A DNA stretch of 64,000 bases from positions 34,412-98,411 of the IMG/VR virus record IMGVR_UViG_3300045391_002681; one strand, written 5' to 3'. The translations under genes and the position numbers were made by a program. The notes below the pieces were generated by a model. It worked only from the letters and a program-made list of their open reading frames with translations. It had not been told where the DNA came from and searched no databases. Below, piece after piece: positions 16,716 to 26,148 of this stretch; within the stretch, counting starts at the first letter, position 1; each line of letters begins with the position of its first letter. Origin of the DNA: a virus.

Positions 16716-17389
16716 GCCGCTCTCCCGAAATCTAGCGGCTTGGGCTCGCCCTCGTCTTCGCGCGGCTCACGCCGGGCGCTGTCCTTCACAGCCGATGGCG
16801 GACGGGGCGGTGCGGGCCGGTATGCGGCCTGAGCGTGGGGCCGGCAGTACGGGAAGCCCGGAAGCTTCTTGGCGGCGCAGAACAGGAAACCGCCCGCATC
16901 CTCGCCCGTCGCCCAGGCGCAGCAGTTGCCCTTGAACGCGGGGTCCCACATGCGGACGTTGAGGGAGTCCGCCGTCGGGCCTGTGGTGATGGGGCTGCGC
17001 GGCGGGGTGGGCTTGCCGCTGTTCACGCATCCGGCGCCATGCTGGAACGCGCGGGCGTGGTTGGACGGTGACCGTGTGGGTCCCGACCGCTTCACCGCGA
17101 TCTTGACGCCGAGGTGATAGGCCTTGTCGTAGACCGCGCCGCGCTTGCATTCGAGCTCGATGGCGATCTCGTCGGCGTACCGCCCATCGGCGATCAGGGC
17201 CAGCAAGCGCTCGACTTTCTCGGGCCGCCAGAAGTTGCTCTCCAGCCTGAGGCCGATCTTGTTGGCTTTGCCAGACACAGCGTTGCGGGTGCAGCCGATC
17301 ACCGCCGCGATCTGGGATGCGGTCTTCTTCTCGGCGACCAAGCGGCGCAACAGGGCGAGGCGTTCTTCGGTCCAGTTGATCCTAGGCAT
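16712..17389 (-). CDS. gcrA: GcrA-family transcription regulator with duplicated N-terminal domain
   Basis: WTEERLALL...TASQIA...TRNAVSGKANKIGL and C-terminal CAW...FC...PYCRPHAQAAY. Confidence 0.85.
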   Translation of the reverse strand: MPRINWTEERLALLRRLVAEKKTASQIAAVIGCTRNAVSGKANKIGLRLESNFWRPEKVERLLALIADGRYADEIAIELECKRGAVYDKAYHLGVKIAVKRSGPTRSPSNHARAFQHGAGCVNSGKPTPPRSPITTGPTADSLNVRMWDPAFKGNCCAWATGEDAGGFLFCAAKKLPGFPYCRPHAQAAYRPAPPRPPSAVKDSARREPREDEGEPKPLDFGRAA

Positions 17390-17762
17390 TGTGGCCTCCG
17401 TTGAGGGGACGGATTGTGCAGGTGACGCCGGCGCCCTCGGCCTTGATCCAGGCCATGTGCAGGACGCAGCAGTTGCAGTCGTCGGAGACGATGCCGACGT
17501 GCTGGAGGAAATCGGAGGTGGCCTTTTCGAGGTTGGCCAGGTCGCGCCGACGCTTGTCCGGCGCGGTCGCCAGGATGGTCAATTCGTAAGGACCCTCGAC
17601 CTGACGGCAGGCGCCGCCGGCGGCTTGCGCGAGATAGCCTGCGCGGTTCAGGTCGATCCATTCCCGGTATTCGCGGGACTTGATCGGACGGGCGCCGACG
17701 TAGCGCCAGAGCCGATTGTTGGACGGCGGATAGGTCAAGGTGATGGTGAGAGGACCCTTCAT
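17382..17762 (-). CDS. rusA: RusA-like Holliday junction resolvase
   Basis: YPPSNNRLWR...PDKRRRDLANLEKATSDFL...DDC. Confidence 0.85.
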   Translation of the reverse strand: MKGPLTITLTYPPSNNRLWRYVGARPIKSREYREWIDLNRAGYLAQAAGGACRQVEGPYELTILATAPDKRRRDLANLEKATSDFLQHVGIVSDDCNCCVLHMAWIKAEGAGVTCTIRPLNGGHNA

Positions 17763-17929
17763 GCGCGAGCCCTCAGCCGGGCCGTCATCGCATCCCTGAG
17801 CGCAGGCCACGCTTCGTGCTGGGCGCGGGTATCGCCGCGGCGGCAGGCGCTCTGGTAGCGTTCGTAGGCGGCCGGGAAATCTCCGTGGCTACGCTCAGGT
17901 TTTGCGCGCTGAAACAGCCAAGCGAACAT
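17759..17929 (-). CDS. Small hypothetical protein (homologue at 59738-59911)
   Basis: AYERYQSACRRGDTRAQH vs AYAAYHDAKSRRDSRAKH. Confidence 0.6.
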   Translation of the reverse strand: MFAWLFQRAKPERSHGDFPAAYERYQSACRRGDTRAQHEAWPALRDAMTARLRARA

Positions 17930-17957
17930 GGCTCTTGCCCCCTGCTGATGTTGATGG

Positions 17958-18548
17958 CTACGCGGCGTCGGCCAGCGCTTTGGGAAGGTCGTCCTTCTCA
18001 AGCGTCTTCTTGAAACCGACGTTGGCGGCTACGTGGAAGACGATCACGCCCTCGGGCTTCATGAAGCCGGGCGCGGCGGCCGAACCGCTGACGCGAAGGA
18101 CGTCGAGCACCTCGTCCACGGCGACGGTGTCCATCGGGCCGCGGTAGAGTGTCGGGACGACGTGACAGCAGGCGGGACGCTCATCGCCCCAGCGCGAGAC
18201 GTTGAAGAGGCTGAAACGCTTCTCGGAGAGCCCATAGCGGCGCTGGATGCCGGCGCCCCACCACTCGCCGAAATGCTGGCCTTCGCCGAGCCTCGCGAGC
18301 GCGTCGGCGTGATCGTGAACCCAGGCGGCGAAGCCGAAGTTGTCGTCAGCGGGCGTGATCCACCGCGACCGCGATCCGGCATAGATCAGGAGGTCGCCAC
18401 GCACGGCCACGATAGGCGAGCGCGTCGGCATTTCCTCATCGTCCAGCAAGCGGCGGATGAAGACCTGTGCGTTTGTACCGTCGATCTTCTCGGTGACGAT
18501 GACTTCGCGTGACAGGCGCGCGATCTTCGGAAAGGACAAGAAGTCCAT
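17958..18548 (-). CDS. RNA ligase family nucleotidyltransferase
   Basis: TEKIDGTNA (motif I KxDG), FGEW, FSLFNV, PEGVIV, FKK. Confidence 0.85.
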   Translation of the reverse strand: MDFLSFPKIARLSREVIVTEKIDGTNAQVFIRRLLDDEEMPTRSPIVAVRGDLLIYAGSRSRWITPADDNFGFAAWVHDHADALARLGEGQHFGEWWGAGIQRRYGLSEKRFSLFNVSRWGDERPACCHVVPTLYRGPMDTVAVDEVLDVLRVSGSAAAPGFMKPEGVIVFHVAANVGFKKTLEKDDLPKALADAA

Positions 18549-18599
18549 CTCAGCCCCCAGAAATACCCCGACCGGCCCACGGCGCCGGACTGCCGTAGG

Positions 18600-19118
18600 T
18601 CAGCCGCCGGTCTTCCGGAGGCGTTTGTCTCGATGAAGCTCTAGAGTTTCGCCCGGCGCTCCAGCGCCCAGACTTGAAGTTTCTGTCCCGACCGGCCCCA
18701 GCGCTCCAGCACCGATCCGAGCCACTCCACTGCCGTCAGGAACGCAAGCACGCAAAGTCGCCAGACGGCGTTCGGCGGCTTCCCATTCGGCTTTTGCACG
18801 CGCGGCCTCCCTGGCTCTGTGGTCGAGATATTCCTCCAGCTTGAGGCCGGTGACGATAGCGGCCACTTCAAGCGAGAGCTCGAAGCCCTCGACAGGGTTC
18901 CGCTTCAGGATGTGGTCAATGGTCGGTTGGGTGATCGAGGCATAGACGAGTCCCCTCGCCTGCCCCTCGGTCAGGTCAAAATAGGCCTGCGCCGCCTTGA
19001 CGATGTTCTGCCCATAGAACTTGCGCCGGGCGATCTGCGCCCACGCGTTCTTGGTGGTCAGGTCCGGTGAAGATTTCCGGATGAATTCGGATGAGATTTT
19101 CAAAGCCGCGGCCCTCAT
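18600..19118 (-). CDS. Conserved phage protein (homologue at 60594-61010), possibly regulatory
   Basis: SSPDLTTKNAWAQ...DLTEGQARGLVYA shared with prophage 2. Confidence 0.7.
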   Translation of the reverse strand: MRAAALKISSEFIRKSSPDLTTKNAWAQIARRKFYGQNIVKAAQAYFDLTEGQARGLVYASITQPTIDHILKRNPVEGFELSLEVAAIVTGLKLEEYLDHRAREAARAKAEWEAAERRLATLRACVPDGSGVARIGAGALGPVGTETSSLGAGAPGETLELHRDKRLRKTGG

Positions 19119-19435
19119 GGTTTGACCCACGAGGTGACCAGCGGAGCGGGAGCGCGGAGGTGGACGACCGGATAGCCGACCCTTGGTTCTGTCAGATGAT
19201 GCAGCACGCGACCGTCGCCGGCGCGTGCACACTGTGGGCTCGGCGAGAGCCCCGGGCCGCTGCGGGTCTGAACCGCATGCGGGAACGGCAAAGCGCTTTG
19301 GCGAGCGCGATGCTGATGGAGAGAATGTTGGACGCCCACGGCCCCAGGAAGGGAAAGACCGTGGGCGCCCACACGTCCGCGCTGGGGCTGGGAGGGCTGG
19401 CTGGCGGGGACGTGAAGGGGTGAGGCCTGGATCAC
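19115..19435 (-). other. Antisense bridge ORF over an inverted gene
   Basis: GTGA overlap with the upstream stop and ATGA overlap with the downstream start; shadow-like composition. Confidence 0.4.
19160..19423 (+). CDS. Inverted hypothetical gene
   Basis: GTG preceded by GGAG-rich sequence; protein-like DDRIADPWFCQMMQHATVAG... Confidence 0.45.
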   Translation: MDDRIADPWFCQMMQHATVAGACTLWARREPRAAAGLNRMRERQSALASAMLMERMLDAHGPRKGKTVGAHTSALGLGGLAGGDVKG

Positions 19436-19791
19436 GCGATCGCCCCTTCAAGCAGGTCTACCAAGTCGGCCTGGGGGAGCTTCAGGCGCCGCGTCCGAGC
19501 GGCGTTTTTCGCGTGATGCGGGGCGTCGTAGACGAGATGGCAGCGCTGGCACCAAGCCTTGAGGTTCGGCCTATTGCCCGGCTCGCCGCAGTTCTCCGGT
19601 GTGTGGTCGAGATGGGCGACCGTCAGCACCACCTTGGACCCGGTGACCGGATGGGGCGCCGCATTCTCGGCTCGGCAATCAGGAAAGCGGGGCGATCCCT
19701 CGCAGCGCCACCCGGCGCGCTCGCGCACTTCCAGGCTGATAGCCTTCCAGTCCTTCGGGTAGCGCGCCTTCTCTTCCGGACGGATAGGCAT
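19432..19791 (-). CDS. HNH-like Zn-binding protein
   Basis: MPIRPEEKARYPKDW...VVLTVAHLDH...NLKAWCQRCH. Confidence 0.75.
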   Translation of the reverse strand: MPIRPEEKARYPKDWKAISLEVRERAGWRCEGSPRFPDCRAENAAPHPVTGSKVVLTVAHLDHTPENCGEPGNRPNLKAWCQRCHLVYDAPHHAKNAARTRRLKLPQADLVDLLEGAIA

Positions 19792-19794
19792 GAC

Positions 19795-19947
19795 CTAAAA
19801 CGCCCTTCTCTTGCGCAGGGCGCCGGTGCGTTGGCGGGTCCGTTCCTCATGGCGGGTTTGGAACCATTCATCCGCCGTCCGGCAGGCCCAGGTCAGGGAC
19901 GGCCAGAGGATGGCGAGGAACAGGAGGGCGTAGAGGATGCGGGACAT
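19795..19947 (-). CDS. Small membrane protein
   Basis: MSRILYALLFLAILWPSLTWAC..., TGATG-coupled. Confidence 0.45.
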   Translation of the reverse strand: MSRILYALLFLAILWPSLTWACRTADEWFQTRHEERTRQRTGALRKRRAF

Positions 19948-20447
19948 CAGGCGGCGCTCCGTTCGGAGTGCGCGAGAACGAATTGCTCAACGATGGCGCG
20001 GCGCCGGGCGGTCTCGTCAGGCGTGCAGCGATAAGTGTGGGACGCCTTTTCGACCTCAGGCGGGATCGGAATGCCGCCCTTGCGCAACCGCCCCAGTCGT
20101 CGGCACATCAGGCCGGCCCTCGTTGCGGCGGCGGGCATCCGGCGTCCTCGCCAGTGTGCGCGAGGTTCGGGCAGACCATCCGCGCAGAACGTCCCGTTCC
20201 GCGCCGTCTCGATGATCGCGAGAAGGGCGCCGGTCGCGTGAAACCATTCGTGATGGCTGCGATCGGCGGCGAAGCGGTGATGAAGGCGCCGCTCAAGCGT
20301 ATGGTTGCCGGGGATCGTGGCCACAATCTCCAGCGGGACCGGAGACCACGTCGCGTAGGTTTTCAGACGGTCGTGCGGCCAGCGCGAGAAACCGATCTTG
20401 ATCGGTCCGAGCTGCCCGACAGGCCGAATGAAATAGATCGCGCTCAT
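19947..20447 (-). CDS. GIY-YIG superfamily (T5orf172-like) protein
   Basis: IYFIR...IKIGFS...ERRLHHRF...HEWF. Confidence 0.8.
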   Translation of the reverse strand: MSAIYFIRPVGQLGPIKIGFSRWPHDRLKTYATWSPVPLEIVATIPGNHTLERRLHHRFAADRSHHEWFHATGALLAIIETARNGTFCADGLPEPRAHWRGRRMPAAATRAGLMCRRLGRLRKGGIPIPPEVEKASHTYRCTPDETARRRAIVEQFVLAHSERSAA

Positions 20448-20674
20448 GCGGCGGCCCCGGGGTGCGGCTCGCGGCCAGCGTCGCGCTCGGTTTCCAGAGC
20501 CCGCAGGTCCGCCATGGCGCGCTCGAGGCGCTTGACGCCGATGTCGACCTTGCCGACCGCCAGCTTTTCAAGGCGATCCGTGTTGGCCAGCAGGCGCTTT
20601 GACAGCCAGACCCGGCTGACCTCGTGGGTCGCGCAGAAGGCGTCACAGCGCTGGATGAACTCGGCAATCGTCAT
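20444..20674 (-). CDS. cro: Cro-like repressor
   Basis: Small helical protein divergent from cI, behind operator palindromes. Confidence 0.7.
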   Translation of the reverse strand: MTIAEFIQRCDAFCATHEVSRVWLSKRLLANTDRLEKLAVGKVDIGVKRLERAMADLRALETERDAGREPHPGAAA

Positions 20675-20687
20675 GGTTCACTATACT

Positions 20688-20728
20688 GGGGTATGTTTAC
20701 CCCGCCGTCAATGGGGTACAGTTACCCC
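20688..20728. promoter_or_regulatory. Operator pair GGGGTA-N4-TACCCC and leftward promoter
   Basis: Palindromes at 20688-20703 and 20713-20728; TTGACG on the minus strand at 20711-20706. Confidence 0.85.
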
Positions 20729-20752
20729 TGCGCGATCAGCCGGGGGCAAACC

Positions 20753-21472
20753 ATGATCCCCGCCATGGCTGGGATAGACCGCGAGGCGCTCCGCGCCCTC
20801 ATTCAGGCGAAGGGAAAGACGCCGCGGCAGGTCTCCTTGGAGATCACGGACGGGCGCAATGGCTATCTCGTGCGCGAGATACTGAGCGGGAAGAGCCAGA
20901 ACCCGAGGCGGGACACGCTCGCCAAGATCGCTAAGAGCCTGGCGGTCAGCGTCGATCAGATCGCGTCTGGAGCCGATGATGAGGAGGGCTTCGCCGGCGG
21001 CGACCCAGAGCAAGCGCGGTCTCGTTTCCTCCCCGTGCGCTACCAGGTGGCGGCCGGGGTCTGGTTTGAGAACGAGATCGAAGAGCCGCCCGTCGAGGGG
21101 ATTTTCCCCGTCGCCCCAGATCCCCGATATGCCGCCATCCCCCAATGGCTGGAGGTCGTGCGCGGGAACTCAGCCAACCTAAAGATTCCTGACGGCCACT
21201 TCGCCCACGTCATCGACGCGGAAGCGATGGGTTACGTCCCCCAGGATAAGCACTGGGTCGTCCTTGAACGCACCAGGGTTGGCGGCCGTTTGCGCGAGCG
21301 GACTATCAAGCAGGTGGAAGTGACCGACGACGGCCAAGTGCTGTTCTGGGGGCGGTCGACGGAAGAGCGGTGGAACAAGCCCATCACCCTGAACGGCGGG
21401 ACCGAGGGTGAAGAGGATGTCGAGGTACGCGTGGCCGGCTTGGTGCGCGGCGCTTACGACCCCGATTTCTGA
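20753..21472 (+). CDS. cI: CI repressor (HTH plus S24 peptidase)
   Basis: N-terminal HTH, VAAG cleavage site, RGNS serine, TIK lysine. Confidence 0.88.
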   Translation: MIPAMAGIDREALRALIQAKGKTPRQVSLEITDGRNGYLVREILSGKSQNPRRDTLAKIAKSLAVSVDQIASGADDEEGFAGGDPEQARSRFLPVRYQVAAGVWFENEIEEPPVEGIFPVAPDPRYAAIPQWLEVVRGNSANLKIPDGHFAHVIDAEAMGYVPQDKHWVVLERTRVGGRLRERTIKQVEVTDDGQVLFWGRSTEERWNKPITLNGGTEGEEDVEVRVAGLVRGAYDPDF

Positions 21473-21476
21473 AAAC

Positions 21477-21528
21477 GGGGTACAAATACCCCTTTCCTGT
21501 TGACGGGGTAAAAATACCCCGGTAGTGT
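21477..21528 (+). promoter_or_regulatory. Operator pair and rightward early promoter
   Basis: GGGGTA-N4-TACCCC at 21477-21492 and 21505-21520; TTGACG-17-TAGTGT. Confidence 0.85.
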
Positions 21529-21550
21529 GTCTCCATCAACGGAGACACCG

Positions 21551-21967
21551 ATGCACACCGCATCCCCCGACATCACCCGCACCCGCGAGGCCTTCCTCGA
21601 CGCCCTCTTCGGCTATGCGGAGCCGGATGTGGTCCTGGCCGCGGGCAGGGCTTACGGCGCGGCGAAGGAAGCCACGGAGAGCACGGACGAACGGTGCTTC
21701 CGCCTGGGGCTCATGGCCGCCGACAAGGACGCCGAGGCCGAGCGCCACATGGCCGCCGCAGCCGATGCTGCAGGGCTCGCCGCCGGGCGCCGGTTGCGCT
21801 GGGGCGAGGACGCCGTGACCCGCAGCTACGACCGCGAGGAACTCGCCTGCACGAAGCTCGCCGCCGACGCCATGGCCGAAGCCGAAAGGCTCCGCTCCCA
21901 AGCTTCCTCCTTACGTAGGGCTCAGGAAGTGGTGGGGGTGATCAATTCTGGAACGAGGGCTGCGTAG
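21551..21967 (+). CDS. First early gene (homologue at 63657->64000)
   Basis: GGAGA RBS; ATESTDERCFRLGL shared with prophage 2. Confidence 0.75.
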   Translation: MHTASPDITRTREAFLDALFGYAEPDVVLAAGRAYGAAKEATESTDERCFRLGLMAADKDAEAERHMAAAADAAGLAAGRRLRWGEDAVTRSYDREELACTKLAADAMAEAERLRSQASSLRRAQEVVGVINSGTRAA

Positions 21968-21969
21968 CC

Positions 21970-24855
21970 ATGGGCACGATGGACGAAAGTGCGGCCGACC
22001 TCCGCAAATTCCTGAACCGAATTCGCATCCTGCACTGCATCGACGGATACGAGATCGAGGCCGCCATGCAATCGACGGGCCTGCAGATGGATGCCGAGCG
22101 CTGGCGCCGGTTCCGCACCTCGCCGGCCGATTTCCTGGTCCAGGCCGACGACGCCACGCAACGCGCGCTCTGGTCGATCATTGAGCGGCGCGAGGCTCCC
22201 AAAGAGCCGGTCAAGGCGGTGCTGATATGAGCCGCCGTTACACCTACGCCACCACGCTCTCCTGGGGCGGCGACGTGACGACCGCCGAGGTCGAAGTTGA
22301 AGTCTCCTACGCCGTGACCTGGGGCGCGCCCGCGCGGGGACCGTCCTACGCCAGCGGCGGCCAGCCTGCCGACCCGGACGAGATTGACGACATTCGCCTG
22401 GAGAAGGTCGAGGGCAAGCCGCGCCCGTGGGGCATGGGCTATGGCTTCATCTCGGACGACGACTTCGCGGACGAGTGCGTCCAGATGATCGAGGGCAGCG
22501 AACGCCTGATGGCGGACCTGCTGACCCACGCCGCCGAGGAAGCTGCCGCTGACTACCACGAAGCGATGGAATACCGCGCCGAGATGCGGGCCGAGCGCCT
22601 GCGGGTGGGCTTCTGATGAGCGACCTCTGCAATAATCCAGCCTGCCAGCACCAGTTCCCGCACCGGCACTACGAGACAACTAACAGTTTCGGTCAGCCGG
22701 TTCAGGTCATTGAGAGCATCGCGCCACCTAGCGACGGCAAGGTCATTCGAGACAGCGAGACCGGCGAAATCATTTTTGAAGCGCCGAAAGACCGCATGCG
22801 CGTCGTCATTTCCGGGGACCACACCCCCTCTTCTTCCAGGGCGGAATAGATGTCGGGGAAAGAAAGCATTGGAGTGCCTTCGGGCGAGCAAGTCGCCCGT
22901 CCGCAGCCTGAGGTTGCTTGCGCCGCGAGCCTGCTGGAGGAAATCCGTGGGCGCATCTGGTTCAACACCGGATGCTCGGATGGCGCGGCCGAGAATGCCG
23001 CCGCCGCTGTCTATGACCTCTTTCTCGACAGGGAGGCAATCGTCTCCGCATTGCAGGAGGCGCTAGCCGATCTCCTGAGCTACCACGACGTTCCCGGCCC
23101 CGTTGACGCGCCGCTCAAGCCGCTGATGCAGGCCGCGTTCGCCGCCCTAGCCCAAGCTCGCGGTGAACAGCCATGAGCCGCAGCGAGAAGCCTTCGGGGC
23201 ATACGCCGGGGCCTTGGCATCGCCTGCCCGGCTTCGCCGAGTCGGGACATCCGATCTACAAGCCCGGCAAATACATCATCCGAATCGTACAGAAGCGCGC
23301 GCCCGATCAGACCGCGTTCGTCAGGGTCGCGCTGGTCGATAGCGACGCCGTCGCCGCCGATGCTGCCGTGATCGCCGCCGCCCCCGACATGCTGGCGGCG
23401 CTCAAAGACCTCAACGAAAGCATCCTCGGCCGCGCCGAGAGCAACGCCAGCGGTAACCCCGAGTGGGAATGCGTGTCCTCGCGGATCAACGCCGCCCGCG
23501 CCGCCATCGCCAAAGCCGAGGGCCGGTCATGAGCCGCGCCCACTTCATCCAAGTGCTCGGCGACACCCGCCGCCCCTCCCGCATCCTCTCCGTATTCATG
23601 ACTGGGGTTTGGTTCCTGGTGGGGATGGTTGTGCCTTTGGGAATAATCGCGACGACAGTTGCAATATTGGGAGGGTTTCATGCCCGATAATAGTTCGGTC
23701 GTTCCCTTGGCTTTGCCAAGTGTCACTTCCCCGTCCATTGACGCCGGGTCTGCGATGCCTTCGATGGCAGCAATCGAGGCGCTGGCGCCGGAAGAGTGTA
23801 TTTGCTTCGGCCCCACCGGTCCCAGCTGCGTTTGCCCGGACGCTGAACGTGCCCTGCGCGCCATCGCTCGCGGCGACTACGAACTGACCGACGACGCTCG
23901 TGAATGGTGTCTCACCGAGATCGACCGCGTCGAGGGCCACAGCCGAGTCGACCATGACGGCGACGCTGACCGCCACGTTGCCAATGGCGTCCTATCCGCC
24001 TGGACCGACTACTGCCGCGACAAGGGGCTTCTGTGATGGGGCCGCTGGTTGTGCCTTTGGCGGGGATCGTTGGGGTGATCCTATCGGGGAGGGGGTTCTG
24101 ATGCAGCCCGACCGCCGTATCCACTGGCGCTGCTTTCATTGCGGCGAGGCCTTCACCAAGGCGCAGGAGCGTTGGGCGCGAGACCACTTCGGCGCGTCGA
24201 TGGACGCCCTGCCCGTCTGTCAGATGCGCATCCCCGGCGAGCACCACCTACTGGTCATGCTGCGCAAGGCCGAGGATGAGCTTGCGAGTTATCGGGCCGA
24301 GGACACCGGCCTTTGGCGGGCGATCCACTCAATGGCGGCCGATCACGCGCAAGCCCTGATCCGCGAGGAGGAGCGGGGTTACGCGAAGGGTCTGGCCGAC
24401 GGGCGAGCCGAGAGCGCGCGCGTCTACATTGTCGAAGACGGTTCACAGTCCCCGTTTATGCCAGCCGAACCCAATAACGGGGAAGCCTAGATGCGCCCCC
24501 AAAAGCCCATCTCCCATCCCTACGCCGAAGGTCTCGCTTACCTGATCATCGGACTACTAGCCGCTCTCCTCCTCATTCATCCATCCAACACTCAAGGAGA
24601 CCGGGTCTCTACGGATAGAGGTTTGGTGGTGGGGGTGGGGCGATGATGCTGAACTCGCACGACGATCCGCAGGCGGCGGCCGATTTCCTGCTCTGCGATC
24701 TGGAGCACGACCTGAGCTTGCTAGGCGATCTGCTGGTCGAGAACCCGCACGTCGCCGACCACTACCGCGCCAGGCTGGCGGATGCCGCCGAGGACATCGC
24801 CCGCATCTCGAAAATCAACACGCCGAGGAGGCAACACCGTGGCGACCAATACTAG
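21970..24855 (+). other. Cluster of small coupled early hypothetical genes (21970-22230, 22227-22616, 22616-22849, 22850-23176, 23173-23532, 23529-23690, 23680-24036, 24101-24490, 24643-24855)
   Basis: Contiguous, mostly ATGA/TGATG-coupled ORFs. Confidence 0.6.
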
Positions 24856-25525
24856 CACACCCAAGGTCTACGCCGCCATTGCTGGCGTCATGGCCGATCT
24901 GGCGAAGGAGGGTATCGCCAAGGACCGCGCCAACCAGGCGCAGGGCTACAAGTTCCGGGGCATTGACGACGTGTACAACGCCCTCGCCCCGGTCCTTTCG
25001 GCGCATGGCCTGCTGATGCTTCCGCGCGTCATCGGCCGGGAGGTGGTGGAGCGCACCAACAACAAGGGAACGGCCCTCTTCTACGTCACCGTGGATGTGG
25101 AGTTCTCCTTGGTCTGCGCCGAGGACGGCTCGGCCCACGTCATCCGCACCTGTGGCGAGGCCATGGATAGCGGCGACAAGGCCAGCAACAAGGCCATGAG
25201 CGCCGCCTACAAGTACGCCGCGATGCAGGCCTTCTGCATCCCGACCGAAGGCGACAACGACGCCGACGCGACCACGCACGAAGTGGCGCCCACGCGCCAG
25301 CACGTCGAGCCGCCGACCCAGACGCTCGCCCAGCGCGCCGACGCCTTCGAAGCCAAGCTTCGCGCCGCCGCGACCCGGCCCGTGCTGGAGAAGACCTTCA
25401 AGCTCGGATCGGGCCTGATGGCCGATCTCGACGCCAAGGACCCCGAGCGGTTCGAGTTGCTCAAGCAGCTTCACGCCGATCTCGACACCCATCTCGCCAA
25501 CCCCGTCAAGGAAGCCGCCGAATGA
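24839..25525 (+). CDS. erf: ERF-family single-strand annealing protein
   Basis: YKFRGIDDVYNAL...GEAMDSGDKASNKAMSAAYKY. Confidence 0.88.
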   Translation: MATNTSTPKVYAAIAGVMADLAKEGIAKDRANQAQGYKFRGIDDVYNALAPVLSAHGLLMLPRVIGREVVERTNNKGTALFYVTVDVEFSLVCAEDGSAHVIRTCGEAMDSGDKASNKAMSAAYKYAAMQAFCIPTEGDNDADATTHEVAPTRQHVEPPTQTLAQRADAFEAKLRAAATRPVLEKTFKLGSGLMADLDAKDPERFELLKQLHADLDTHLANPVKEAAE

Positions 25526-26148
25526 TCATTCAAGGAACTAGCGACTGGCACGCCCAGCGCCTCGGCAAGGTCACTGCATCCCGCGTCGCCGATGTGGTCG
25601 CCAAGACCAAGAGCGGCCCCGCCGCCAGCCGCGCCAACTATGCCGCCGAACTGCTGGTCGAGCGGCTGACCAACACGCCGACGCCCAGCTTCACCAATGC
25701 GGCGATGCAGTGGGGCACGGACAACGAGCCTCTGGCCCGCGCCGCCTACGCCCAGACGATGGGCGTGGACGTGTACGAGACCAGCTTCGTGGATCACCCG
25801 GAAATCGCCATGAGCGGCGCCAGCCCCGATGGCCTGGTGCTCACCAATGGGCTGGTCGAAATCAAGTGCCCGAACACCGCCACGCATCTGGACACGTTGG
25901 AAAGCGGCGTCATCCCGGCCCGCTACGTGATCCAGATGCAATGGCAGATGGCCTGCACCGGCCGGGACTGGTGCGACTTCGCGTCGTTCGATCCGCGACT
26001 GCCGCCCGCCCTGTGCCTGTTCATCAAGCGCGCCCCCCGCGACGTGTCGATGATCGTGGATCTGGAAACCGAGGTGACGGCCTTCCTCGCCGAACTGGAC
26101 GCGCGGATCGCCGGCCTGACGGCGCGCTACATCAAGGAAGCCGCCTGA
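25522..26148 (+). CDS. YqaJ/lambda-exonuclease family protein
   Basis: WHAQRLGKVTAS, GASPDGLV, EIKCP, QMQWQM. Confidence 0.92.
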   Translation: MIIQGTSDWHAQRLGKVTASRVADVVAKTKSGPAASRANYAAELLVERLTNTPTPSFTNAAMQWGTDNEPLARAAYAQTMGVDVYETSFVDHPEIAMSGASPDGLVLTNGLVEIKCPNTATHLDTLESGVIPARYVIQMQWQMACTGRDWCDFASFDPRLPPALCLFIKRAPRDVSMIVDLETEVTAFLAELDARIAGLTARYIKEAA

